64,000 nt of DNA from the NCBI GenBank assembly GCA_964016885.1, contig OZ024740.1, forward strand, positions 230,268,001 to 230,332,000, in the 5' to 3' direction. The position numbers and the translations under genes are program-made. The DNA comes from Eledone cirrhosa. Taxonomy: Eukaryota. Shown here piece by piece: positions 29,470 through 42,726 of the stretch; the first letter of the stretch is position 1; each line of letters begins with the position of its first letter. The notes under the pieces are model-generated. The model was given only the letters and a program-made list of their open reading frames with translations, searched no databases and was not told where the DNA came from.

Positions 29470-30015
29470 ATATTACTGGTACTTTATTTTATCGACCCTG
29501 TAAGGATGAAAGGCGAAGATAACCTCGGCAGGATTTGAACTCAGACCGTAAAGGGACGTAACTCTATGCGTCAAATCACGGCGTCTGACCCTCTACCGAT
29601 ACTGCCAATCCAATAATGGTTTCTTATATAGGCACAAGGCCAGCAATTTTGGGGAGGGGAAAGTCGATTATATCGATACCAGTGTATTACTGGTACTTTA
29701 TTTTATCGACCCCCCGGGAGGATGAAAGGATGAGAGGAATTGAGATCAAAACATAAAGGGCCGTAACTATATGACGCAAAGCATATTGTCCGACGCTCTA
29801 CCGATTCTGCCAATCTACCGCCCTGTAGTAATAATAATAAATAATTGTTTCTACTTTAGGCACAAGGCCAGCAATTACCCAGTGCATTACTGGTACTTTA
29901 TTTTATCGACCCCCGTAAAGATGAAAGACAAAGTCAACCTCCGCGGGTTTTGAACTCAGAACGTAAAGGACCATAGCTCTGTATTGCAAAGTATGTGGTC
30001 CGAGCCTCTACCAAT
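29470..30015 (-). mobile_element. Three head-to-tail SINE family A copies
   Basis: Family A core and B-box repeated on the minus strand. Confidence 0.85.
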
Positions 30016-30118
30016 TGCTAATAATAATAATGGCGCACGCATGTGCATTCAGAAGAAGCGAACACTGGCAAGTAATATAATCGATTGGGCAATAGAAGAA
30101 AAAAATAGAAAGAAGATA

Positions 30119-30224
<106 letters not shown>

Positions 30225-30435
30225 GTGAGAGAGGGGAGAGAGAGAGAGAGTGAGAGAGAGAGTGAGAGAGGGGGAGAGAGAGAGAGAGAGAGAGAGTGAG
30301 AGGGAGAGAGATGGAGGGGGGTGAGTAGAAGGGAGTAGGAGAAGGTAGGGGACAGTAAAACAGGGGAAACATAGATAGAAGATAAGAGAGAGAGAGAGAG
30401 AGTGAGAGAGAGAGCGAGAGAGGGAGAGAGAGAGA

Positions 30436-30497
<62 letters not shown>

Positions 30498-30866
30498 TGG
30501 AGGAAGGGGGTGGGGAGTGAGTAGAAGGGAGTAGGAGAAGGTAGGGGAGAGTAAAATAGGGGAAACATAGATAGAAGCAGTGTCACAGAAAGTACGTACA
30601 CACGCACATATACACACACACAAACACATACATTCCCTTACACACTCACACACACACATGTATATAATATACGTGCATATAGGTAGATAGATGTTATTGC
30701 ATGAATATTCATTATATATGTATATGTATGTGTGTGTGTGTGTGTGAACGTATACATACATACGCACACACACACACACATACACACACACACATATATA
30801 TATATATATGCATATACATATATATATATTTATATATATTTATATATATTTATATATGCATATACA

Positions 30867-30929
<63 letters not shown>

Positions 30930-30932
30930 TTA

Positions 30933-31056
<124 letters not shown>

Positions 31057-31064
31057 TATAGATG

Positions 31065-31121
<57 letters not shown>

Positions 31122-31154
31122 ATATACATATATATGTGTGCGTGTGTATGTATA

Positions 31155-31211
<57 letters not shown>

Positions 31212-31242
31212 GCATATACATACATATATATATATATATATA

Positions 31243-31280
<38 letters not shown>

Positions 31281-31657
31281 TGCATATATATATATATATA
31301 TGCATATATACATATGGTAGGGGTGGCGAGGAAGGAAATAAAATATTTTGTTTAGTAAAAGAAAGAAAGAAAGTAGCTGAGAGAACAAAGTGAGAAAGAG
31401 AAAAACTGAAAGGGAGAGAAAGAGGCAGTAGAAGAGTGAGAGAGGGGGATGGAAACGAAATTGAGGTGAACAACAACAACAACAACAACAAATTGTATAT
31501 AGAAAGGAAAGACGAAATGTATTGAGGATGTTGGCAGTGTTGGAAGTATATTGGGAAAGTGAGTGGAGAAGCAGACGACACAAGGAAAGGGAGGCGATCA
31601 GATGAAAACATGATAGAATTGGAAGAGATATATATATATATATATATTATATATGTG

Positions 31658-31752
<95 letters not shown>

Positions 31753-31812
31753 CATATATATATATATATATATTTATATTTTTACATATATATATAATAT
31801 ATACATGTATAC

Positions 31813-31859
<47 letters not shown>

Positions 31860-31990
31860 ATAATATATATATACATATATATATATATATAATATATATA
31901 TATATATATTATATATATATATAGAGAGAGAGAGGGGAGAGAGAGAGAGAAGGTGAGTGATGTATCAATGGATGGATAGACAAATAGATT

Positions 31991-32111
<121 letters not shown>

Positions 32112-32999
32112 CCAGGTGGGTAGAATCAAAGAAAATAAGAATGTATACAAATGCAATAGTATATTTATAAAGATGATTGTTATGGTTAATAGTAGTGAAC
32201 GTATGAATTAATGGGAGGAAGGAAAGGTGTAAAACAAACGCCAACCTCCGAGATAAAACACCACCTCCACTAAACCCAGTGGGAATATGGCAAAGAAGAA
32301 AGAATAACTAGGAATGGAGGAAGAAGTCAGAGAGAAAAGGAATGATTTGGACGCTGTGAATCAATAGAAAAGCACACCTCTGCCAGTTGTTTCCATCGTC
32401 TGCTGCTGCTGCAGCTATAACTACAATATGAAGCGTTATTACAATTTTCCCGCCATCACAATCATCAACAAACTAAACTTCGATCAATTTTCGCGCCATT
32501 CTGCGGGAACATTCACAGCATAAAGTGTTAACGTTAACGGCGACATAGGGAAACATAATAATGATGGCGCTATCGGCACCCTGCAAGTTCAATATTATTA
32601 CAATAGTTAGTGTCAAAAAGCAACATCCCTAATTCTAGACTTACCACTAACTACACAGTGATTTCCGTCTATAAAGTTGTCACCGCTTCTGCTACAGCGA
32701 CAATGATCAATGACAACAGCGTGGAATATCGCCATTATATTATATTCATTGCCAACACTGCTATTATATTACACCTTATCTTACATTCTCCACTGAGATT
32801 CAACAAACAGTCATCATTATAGTTCAATGCTTTCATCTCTTTTTATTGTCTCTTCAATCTGCCATTGCTTTTCTCTCTTATCTCTCACTAAAGTATTAAC
32901 GAATGATAAATGAATAATAAATGTCCTTTAGGTTCCGGGGTAGCATGTTCATAGCTGGTCATTTAGTTCTGATGCCTCAGGTAAATGACGAGAAGAAAG

Positions 33000-33205
33000 A
33001 AAACACCTGAGTGAGGTGTGTCTTCTCCGTGCCTAGTGCTGTCCACTTCGCCCAGACCTTCTTCCCCAGAAAGTCATCCATTTGGAATTCTCTCCCTAGC
33101 GGTGATTGTCTTGCAGCCAACAGCTTGCAGCGACCATAGTCGAATATTCCTGAGTCTCTCCACAATTCAGGATTTTCCATTATTTCTGGCAACTGCTCTC
33201 CACTG
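33000..33205 (+). pseudogene. CR1/L2-group LINE 3' terminal fragment
   Basis: ttc ttc ccc aga aag tca tcc att tgg aat tct ctc cct translates to FFPRKSSIWNSLP, matching the FFPR...WN.LP C-terminal motif of CR1-group ORF2. Confidence 0.6.
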
Positions 33206-33396
33206 AGGTTTGTATCACCTGAGGAAAAGTCGATTAAATCGACCCCAGTGTCTTACTGGTACTTTATTTTATCGACCCTGTAAGGATGAGAGGGAAAGCT
33301 ACCTCGACGGTATTTGAAATCCGAACGTAAAGGGCTGTAACTATATATGCCAAAATTGTTCACCTTGTGCCTAAATCAGAAGCCATTATTAAGCTA

Positions 33397-34002
33397 GGGC
33401 GGTGGATTGGCAGTATCGGTAGAGAGTCGGATACCATGCTTTGCAGCATGAATTTACGGCCCTTGCCATTCTGAGTTCAAATCCCGCCGAGGTTAACTTT
33501 GCCTTTCATCCTTACGGGGTCGATAAAATAAAGTACCAGTAATGCACTGCGTAATTTCTGGCCTTGTGCCAAAAGTAGAAAACAATTATTTAGCTAACAG
33601 ATGGTGGATTGGCAGTATCGGTAGAGAGTCGGACACCATGCTTTGAAGCATAGAGTTACGTCCCTTTATGATCTGAGTTCAAATCCCGCCGAGGTTAACT
33701 TTGCCTTTCATCCTTACGGGGTTGATAAAATAAAGTACCAGTAATGTACTGGGTAATTGCTGGCCTTGTGCCTAAAATAGAAACAATTATTTAGCTAACA
33801 GGCGGTGGGTTGGCAATATATGTAGAGCGTCAGACACCATGCTTTGAAGCATAGAGTTATGGCTTTTTATCTTCTAAGTTCAAATCCCACCGAGGTTAAC
33901 TTTGCCTTGCATCCTTACGGGGGTCAATAAAATAAAGTACCAGTAATGCACTGTGATAATTGCTGGCCTTGTGCGAAAAGTAGAAACAATTATTTAGCTA
34001 AC
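33397..34002 (+). mobile_element. Three head-to-tail full-length SINE family A copies
   Basis: Each has A-box tggcag/aatat, B-box agttcaaatcc, core and tail. Each is followed by ttatttagctaaca. Confidence 0.9.
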
Positions 34003-35227
34003 ATTCTGTCACCTGCCAGGTGCTTTATGTTGGTTTTCATTCCGAGACTAAATTCTCCATTACGATGAAAACTAAAGAAATGTCTATGAAACTACTGGAA
34101 ATCTTCAGGTGAAATAAACATCAGAGATGTTTTGCCTCGACCAGAAACTGCAGGAACAATATAAAGATGCTGTAAGTTCTTTCTTTTGATGGTAACCAGC
34201 GCGTTTACATTGTTGGTATCACTTCCACATCTCTAGCATGTATCTCATCACAAACGTTTTACTTTTACATCTGTGTACATCACCTGAGTGGGTCAGTGGG
34301 CACTAATTTAGCTTCTACCTGCAGAAGGGCTCTAACTGCCGGCTTTCATCAATCACAACCACAAGCACATTAAGCAGTTCTCAGCAGCTATGACTATTTC
34401 TCCAATTGCTTTTTCTCATTTGTTTAAATTCCAAACTAATCTTCTATAAGAAATAACGCATTGATCTTGCTGGAAAGTCAAGGCCACCGACTTCAAAATC
34501 CTACTGTTTATACTTTAACCAAGCTATTTTAACAGCACATTAATACTTAACAAAAAAGACATGTCCCAGATAATTCCTATATGATTTCTGATGGAAAACA
34601 TTTTACTTACATTTTACTTGCTTCTTCTTTATGAAAATAGTCGACAAAATTCAAGGCTATTGTCAGTTCCAGAATTCCAGCCCCTCTAAAAATAATATGA
34701 AGGATAACCAATTAGATAGAATTATAAACACTACGCAATGCCCACCATTCTCCGCGTATAACGCTCTACTTGCTGCTTCAACAAAATTTGCGATTATCTG
34801 ATTCGTATCATACACTGGTCATACACAACTTCACATTATGTGGAAGCCATGTTATAACTTCTGTCTTAGGCTAACAAAATGATATTTCCTCATCATCTCA
34901 TAAATTATATTTGCTTGCTGTTAGATAGAAACGCTGCGTTCCTTTTCATATCTCGAGACGAGATCTGACATAGAAATAAGTCTAAGAAAAATAATCATTT
35001 TCACAATAAGCAATATATAAAACTATAAAACATAGCTGCATACAGATACCATAAAAGAGAAAGAATATATTAATAAAGGATTATTTAGCTATCTATACAA
35101 GGATACATACGTCAAACACTTGAAGCCTGCAATAGTTAACTTATGGAATATATATAATTATATATATGTATACCTATATATTATATATGTATATATATAT
35201 ACATGTGTGTGTGTGTGTGAATATATA

Positions 35228-35289
<62 letters not shown>

Positions 35290-35295
<6 letters not shown>

Positions 35296-35610
35296 GCTTA
35301 GTGGTTAGAGTGTTGGGATTGCAATCGTGAGGTGGTGAATTCGATTCTCAGCCCTTGTAATGCGTTGTGTCCTTGAGCAAGACACTTTATTTTCACGTTG
35401 CTCCTATGCTGTAGAAATGAGTTTCGACGTCACTGGTGCGAAACTGTATCAACCATTCCCTTAGAAAATATCGGTGGTGTGGAAAATGGTGACCGGTATG
35501 CATGGGTGACTGCTGGACTTCAACAAACAACCTTGCCCGGACTTGTACCTCGGAGGAGAACTGTCTATGTGCAAACCCATGGTCCTTCGTAACCGAAGGG
35601 GTTCTTTACT
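35290..35610 (+). mobile_element. tRNA-derived SINE family B (CORE-like)
   Basis: A-box tggcttagtggttag, B-box gaattcgattctc and CORE-like tgtgtccttgagcaagacactttattttcac. Other copies lie near 36190-36392(-), 47420-47720(-), 47880-48050(+), 55440-55665(-), 56020-56330(-) and 60570-61205(-). Confidence 0.8.
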
Positions 35611-35986
35611 CTTTTATATATATAGGTCCGGGAAGCTGCACCTCAAGCTGCAATAGATATACAACGCATAAATGCATTTTCAAGATGGAGCGGGAGTCTC
35701 CGTCATCGGCAGGTTTTGTTCCGTATTATCCAACGTGTTTCTGCTGGGTGACATTGAGACAATCTACTATAGTAGTAAATTCGCCTGTGTCATCACGTGA
35801 CTTTTCTCAAATGAGGAAGGTCAAGTTGGTCGAACTGTTGGCGGGTAAATTCAGAGTGTGAACAAAGATATTTTCATAGCCTCAAATAAAATCTTTCAAC
35901 TTTACACACATATACATATATAACATGGGAAATAAACTTCAGGTATCAGCTTCGTGTAGGCAGCTTCCAGTTTGTGAGAGAGATAA

Positions 35987-36017
<31 letters not shown>

Positions 36018-36028
36018 CAGAGAGAGTA

Positions 36029-36065
<37 letters not shown>

Positions 36066-36403
36066 TAAATACACGAAGATTATATCCCTTCTTATAATTC
36101 TTTGTTATATGGGTCCCATTCTGACTTGCCCATCCATCCCCATGCCTGAAAACACCCGGTTTCTTCTAGAGAATGATATATATATAAGGAACGATCGACT
36201 TTCGTCAAATCGGACCGAGGAAACAATGTTTCCGTTGGTCTTTCCAATTGCTAATACTATCTATCGGTCGCAACTCCAGGCAGAAGGACCAACGTGAAAT
36301 AAAGTGTCTTGCTCAAAGACATAACGCAGGAATCGAACTCACAACCTCACGATTGCGAATCCAATTCTCTAACCACTCAGCCACATGCCTTCACTATATA
36401 TAT

Positions 36404-36550
36404 ATAACGAAAGATGTGTGGTAAGGAACCAGGTGGACCATAACGTACCAGAGTACTCGATACTGGATAGTAGAGTGGGTAATAGGAAAAGAGTCAGACC
36501 TAGGTGTCAAAATAGCCGTAGCTCAGCCCTCGGGGTCCAGACTCTTTTCT
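36404..36550 (-). mobile_element. Asymmetric palindromic element (hammerhead 3'-half family), internally deleted copy
   Basis: Long arm matches the 17001/36628 family. Ends aggaaaagagtcagacc and ggggtccagactcttttct are complementary. GAGTACTC at 36451-36458. Confidence 0.7.
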
Positions 36551-36627
<77 letters not shown>

Positions 36628-36631
<4 letters not shown>

Positions 36632-36832
36632 AACAAGTAAGACCCCGACGGCTGAGCTCAACCCGTTTCGACGGCTAATTCTGGACTGAATCAGTCCAGA
36701 ATTAGCCGTCGAAACGGCTTGAGCTCAGCCGTCGGGGTCTTACTTGTTCCTATTACCTACTCTACTACCCTAAGTATTGAGTACTTTGGTGCGTTATGGT
36801 CCACCTGGTTCCTTACCACATTTCCTTCGTTA
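36628..36832 (+). mobile_element. Asymmetric palindromic element (hammerhead 3'-half family), copy 2
   Basis: 36628-36752 is a near-perfect palindrome centred at about 36690. GAAA at 36711-36714, GTC at 36731-36733 and GAGTACTT at 36779-36786. Flanked by (TA)n on both sides. Confidence 0.85.
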
Positions 36833-37139
36833 TATATATATATATATTCTTAACTTACGGTAAATATTGATGCAATTTAATTCAAGCACTCTACGTACTT
36901 TTTCCACATAGGAACGACGGAATATATTTAGAATAAGGAGATGCGAAGTACTTTCTATTATTAAAGGCCTTTAAGAACTCAAATCCCGCCGAGGTTAACT
37001 TTGCCTTTCATCCTTACGGGGTCGATAAAATAAAGTACCAGTAGCGTACTGGGGTCGATTTAATCGACTTTCCCCTCCCCCCAAATTACTGACCTTGTTC
37101 CTATACTAGAAGTCATTATTAAAGTCCTTTATTGATAAG

Positions 37140-37214
37140 GTTGTGATACATATTTTAATGACGACAGTGGCCACGTGATTCCGCGTACCCAGTGCCATGA
37201 TCTCATCAGACAGC
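37140..37214 (-). ncRNA. Type I hammerhead ribozyme motif, G12A core mutant
   Basis: Minus strand reads gctgt CTGATGA [stem II] AAAA tatgta TC acaac. Confidence 0.65.
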
Positions 37215-37309
37215 TTCTTACGTTCTCGAGGCAATTCAAATTGAAACGACAAGGGGACGGACAAAGATGATGTTCTTGAAGCCTTCGCCAGTTCCCCTTG
37301 TGGGCACAA

Positions 37310-37384
37310 GCTGTCTGATGAGATCATGGCACTGGTTAGGCGGAAACTCGTGGCCACTGTCGTCATTGAAATATGTATCACAGC
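37310..37384 (+). ncRNA. Type I hammerhead ribozyme, apparently intact
   Basis: Stem I gctgt/acagc; CTGATGA at 37315-37321; extended stem II; GAAA at 37368-37371; minimal helix III ata-tg-tat; predicted cleavage after C37379. AATAAA follows at 37391-37396. Confidence 0.85.
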
Positions 37385-37466
37385 CTTATCAATAAAGGAC
37401 TTTAACATCTACAACTACTTCGCATTTCCTTATTCTATATACACACACACACACACACATACACAC

Positions 37467-37604
<138 letters not shown>

Positions 37605-39434
37605 GAGAAGGGGGAAATTGACCCTACCACTAGATTGGTACTTTTTTTAATAGGCCTTGAATGATGAAAGGTAAAGCTGACCTCGGCTGGTTTCGAACTA
37701 AGGGAGAATAGAGCCGGAACAAATACCACAAAGCATTCTATCCGGCCTTCTAACGACTCTGCAAATTTGTCGCCTTTTAAAGTGAGTAGGACCCCTCAAA
37801 ATCGTAGGTCCACGTCAATGTAAATTCACCATCGAACATTGAAAACTAGCCTCCCAATAAAATCCTGACCCGACACTAAAGTACATAATTGTTTCTACTT
37901 TAGGCACAAGGCCAGCAATTACCCAGTGCATTACTGGTACTTTATTTTATCGACCCCGTAAGGATGAAAGGCAAAGTCAACCTCGGCGGGATTAGTACAT
38001 AATACTTATAACACAGTACATACGAAACAAACACCACGCAACAAGGTAACAGAACTCACGATGCACATACTGTAAGTGTGGGTCCTCCGTCGCTTCCGAC
38101 GTAGAGTGTTCCAGTTAATGCAAGTAGCTAAGCATTCCACAAACACATGTTCTCTTAACGTAATTCTCAGAGAGATTCAGCATAATGCAATGTGTGACAA
38201 GGTTGGCTCTTTGAATTACAGGTGTATCACATTGTACAAGCCGAATGGACTGGAGCGAAATGAATTAAAGTGTTTGGTTCTAGAATACAACACACCGACG
38301 GGAATCGAGCTAGTGATTGTAAGCCGAACACCCTAACCACTAAGCCATGCACCTTCACATATATACTCTACACATCAGACCAGAAACAACAAGCTAAACC
38401 TCACAACTCACAACAAAGCAAGATATAAATACTATTGTATATTCCCCAAAGACAATGCTATACACAACTCGGGAACATGTAGATGTGCTTGATGGTGTTG
38501 TAGATACACGCATAAAAATCATGTTGAATACATGATATTAAAGTTTTCATCTGATACAGGGATGTGGAATTCAGCCAAGAAAAATGGTCGTAGCAATTAA
38601 TTGAGCGTGGGAAAATTGCTTTCCAGACCGAAAATATACAAATTAACAGTCTCTCTGTCTCTTCTATTCAAAATAACTGAAGTGGTGATAATCGTGGTAT
38701 TGATGAAAATGTATCTTAGAATGATGTTTAACAAATCAAATATAACGATAGTGCTGGCATTCCTGGCTGTGTGGTTAAGAAGTTTGCTAAGCAGCTACGT
38801 AGTTTCGAGCAGAATACGCACGACACAATATGTGACAAAGCTACTCATTTAAATTACAGGTACACTTTATATGCTAGGCTTCTATACAGTTTCCGTCCAC
38901 CCAATATCACTCATGGGGCTCGGATCGACCCGAGAGTCGATCAAAATGTCATGCAGTGAGATTGAATCCAGAATCTCGTGATTGGGAAGTGAACATCTTA
39001 ACCACTGAGTTATGCCTGCGTTGCAGCGACGTATATACTTAGGGTCAGACATTTGGAAATGTGGCAGTAAGCCCAAATTAAATATGAAATGTAATCGTCC
39101 ACCTGCCTATAAAAAAGCTGGTAACATGCCCAGACTAGATGTGAAATGTAAGTCCTATTTCACACTGCTCATTAACTAGCTTAATAATTGTATGATATGC
39201 GTATATGGGTTACGAGTATATATACATGTACGTGTAGCGTGTACAGTGTACATGCATAGAGTGGATTATATGTAGCTTACTAGTTTACTGTTAAGAAATC
39301 TGAATAAAATAGAAACAGTGATATTAAAGTCGACTCCAAAAGCCAGGCATAAGTAATGTCCGGGCACCCCCCCCCCCACACACACACACACAGTCAGACA
39401 GACAGAGAGAGCCACATACACACACACACATATG

Positions 39435-39465
<31 letters not shown>

Positions 39466-39538
39466 CTGTGTGTGTGTGTATATATATATCTATATAGAGA
39501 GAGCTGTATTCCTGTCTGTTTGTTTGTTCACGAACTAC

Positions 39539-39676
39539 TCTGTGTAAATGAGGTGATTAATCTCATTTGCATATGAAGCTATGCTTGAAGCAAAATCCTA
39601 TTTCTTTTCTATTATAAGTTGAGCCTACTTATGCACCTTCATATGCAAATGAGATTAATCACCTCATTTACACAGA
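39539..39676. repeat. Perfect 40-bp inverted repeat with 58-bp spacer (MITE-like)
   Basis: tctgtgtaaatgaggtgattaatctcatttgcatatgaag (39539-39578) and its exact reverse complement (39637-39676). Confidence 0.85.
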
Positions 39677-39843
39677 CGAGAAAACTATATATTCGCGACT
39701 GTTTTCAGGTCCAGTCAAGCCTGAAATGCATAGACGGTTGTCCCCCTTGCTTCTGCTGGACACGACAAGAGGGCATAGCCCCGGTGTTTGCATAGCTACG
39801 GCTTCCTAAACCGTGTTTCTTTAGAAATACGAAATCTCTCTCT

Positions 39844-39881
<38 letters not shown>

Positions 39882-39968
39882 GAGTCTGATGAGCTATTAA
39901 TTGCAGAGTCGGATCTGATCGATACAGATCGAACATTGAGGTGATCAATCGTGAAACGCGCGTCACAC
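39882..39968 (+). ncRNA. Type I hammerhead ribozyme motif with long stem II
   Basis: CTGATGA at 39886-39892; GAAA at 39953-39956; palindromic helix III acgcgcgt; GUC site at 39964; AATAAA at 39972. Stem I is weak, with a (TA)n run immediately upstream. Confidence 0.7.
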
Positions 39969-40012
39969 CTGAATAAACTTAATGATGATACTCTGACACC
40001 TTCTTCCTACTT

Positions 40013-40197
40013 TGGATTGGCAGTATCGGTAGAGGGTCGGACGCCATGCTTTCCAGCATAGTTACGTCCCTTTACGATCTGAGTTCAAATCCCGCCGAGG
40101 TTGACTTTGCCTTTCATCCTTACGGGGTCGATAAAATAAAGTACCAGTAATGCACTGGGTAATTGCTGGCCTTGTGCCTAAAGTAGAAACAATTATT
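40013..40197 (+). mobile_element. SINE family A, young-looking copy
   Basis: Near-identical to the reverse complement of 13645-13832. Confidence 0.9.
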
Positions 40198-40247
40198 AAT
40201 ATATGTATATATATATATGTGTGTGTGTGTGTATATATGTGTGTGTG

Positions 40248-40317
<70 letters not shown>

Positions 40318-40842
40318 TGGAGCTAGTGGTATCGACCTTAAAGTCCGAAACCGCTAGGATCTCCAGAGGTCGACATATTAATGACATGAGCATGTTCTTC
40401 TGTTGATCAAACAACCGGGACATTCATCGTCGAAGCTGGTGGAGATCCATTCTGTCTAGTCAATAGAATTTCGCAAAAAGACACGTCTTGTATATTTGAT
40501 AAGAAAATCAATCCATTATAAAATTCGTCTTCTAAACAATGGCGAACGCTTGCGTTAATTTCGTTATTCACTGTCTTCAAATGGAAGCTAATCATGCGAT
40601 TCTTGGATAATGTAAGGTAAATATGAGTAACTGTGAATTACTTATGTCTGGAAGTGTGAATTACCTGCACATACACAAAATATATTTACGCATACATATA
40701 CATGTACATACAAGCACACTCACACACACTCACACACTAACACACACATATATATATATAGAGAGAGAAATATATATATGTATACATAATACATACATAC
40801 ATTCATATATATGTGTGTGTGTGTATTTATATGTGAGTGTGT

Positions 40843-40879
<37 letters not shown>

Positions 40880-41060
40880 ATGCATATTTGTAAAAATTGT
40901 ATGGGTAGGAAATAAATGAAGATAGAATGGGACCTAAATAGATGTTTTAAAAGACGTCTGAGTGGTTTTATCCTCGAAAATCAAACAGATGTGTATGTAT
41001 ATATGCGCGTGTCTGTCTGTCTGTACGTCTGAATATGTATATATATATATATATGTGTGT

Positions 41061-41091
<31 letters not shown>

Positions 41092-41150
41092 CGTGCGCGT
41101 GTGTGTGCGTGTGTGTGTGTGTGTGTCTGTGTGTGTGTGTCTGTGTGTGT

Positions 41151-41277
<127 letters not shown>

Positions 41278-41466
41278 TGTGTGTGTAGCCTCCGATAGTT
41301 TCAGACAGTGATAGCTATCTATATCCATATAATATTGTAAGACGTCTAGTTGTCTAACGACAATACAAAATTGAGAGGCTAATGTGATCATTTTAACACA
41401 TAGACATTAAAGAAAGAAATCGCTGCTGAAATTACTGAGGAAATATTCCATTATTACAGTGATGTA

Positions 41467-41883
41467 GGGCGGTGGATTGGCAGTATAGGTAGAGGGTCGA
41501 GCGCCATGTTTTGCAGCAAAGAGTTACGACCCTTTATGATCTGAATTCAAATCCCGCCGAGGTTAACTTTGCCTTTCATCCTTACGGGGTCGATAAAATA
41601 AAGTACCAGTCACGCACTGGGTTGATTTAATCGACTTTCCCCTCCCCCAAAATTACTGGCCTTGTGCCTATATAAGAAACCATTATTACAAAGGGTGGTG
41701 GATTGGCAGTATCGGTAGAGGGTCGGACGCCATGCTTTCTAGCATAGTTACGTCCCTTTACAGTCTGAGTTCAAATCCCACCTGGGTTAACTTTGCCTTT
41801 CATCCTTACGGGGTCGATAAAATAAAGTACCAGTAATGTACTGGGTAATTGGTGGCCTTGTACCTATATAAGAAACAATTATT
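41467..41883 (+). mobile_element. Two head-to-tail SINE family A copies (long-tail then short-tail variant)
   Basis: A-box, B-box and core each occur twice. Confidence 0.9.
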
Positions 41884-42437
41884 ACAATGATGGGGATGTG
41901 TCATGGGTAAGAAGTTCGTTTCGCAATCATTAGGTCCTGGGTTCGAACTCACTGCGAGGCACATTGGGCAAGTGTCGTTTACCGAAGCTTTGCCTCTACT
42001 CTTGCCTTTTCAGTGATATTGGGCAGACGGAGACTGTTGAGAAGCCCATCTGGAGAGCTCTATTTTAAATTCGAACGGCTAGCCTTGTCACATAATGTGT
42101 CACACCGAATCGTTCTCAAAATTACGATAAGGGTACACGTGTCTATGGAATGCTCATTTATTTACACGTTAATCTCATGAGGCGGATGTTCCGTTGATCC
42201 AACAATCGGGACACTCATCGTTGAAACTGACGGAGGAATTCTTGATCGTTTACATGGAAGACCGGATACAAAAACAAAAAACTAGTAAAACTTTAAGATA
42301 ACGCTGAAAATGTTGTTGAAAGTTTGAGGGAAGAAACTGTAGGGAAATATAAGGAAATCTTCCAAGCTTGGTGATGAATGGGACAATTACTGAGAATAGA
42401 TGAGAGAAAGAAAGAGAAATAATGAATATATGAAGGA

Positions 42438-42545
<108 letters not shown>

Positions 42546-42570
42546 ATTGAATGGATGAATAAATGAGTGA

Positions 42571-42630
<60 letters not shown>

Positions 42631-42726
42631 AAAAAGAAAGAAAGGAAAAAAGAAAGAAAGAAAAAAAGGAAGAAAGAAAGAAAGAAAAAAAGGAAGAAAG
42701 AAAGAAAGAATGAAAGAAAAAAAGAA

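Larger units (their letters stand above)
36847..37437. mobile_element. Fold-back element with two inverted hammerhead-bearing arms; the left arm is interrupted by a SINE
   Basis: 37119-37216 is the reverse complement of 37308-37405. Similarity resumes at 36928-36972 versus 37395-37437. A SINE A fragment at 36976-37118 is flanked by attattaaag(g/t)ccttta duplications. Confidence 0.85.

Noticed and set aside
33397-33490. A-box/B-box segments as tRNA genes
   Set aside because: They continue into a constant non-tRNA core and tail, so they are SINE heads. No convincing cloverleaf forms.
35626-35750. Possible plus-strand exon after tatatag
   Set aside because: The acceptor derives from a SINE tail or TA run, there is no recognisable protein similarity and the donor is weak.
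40318-40375. GAAACCGCT...AGAGGTC hammerhead-like 3' half next to (TA)n
   Set aside because: There is no CUGANGA box or stem I. It may be a decayed remnant but is not supportable alone.
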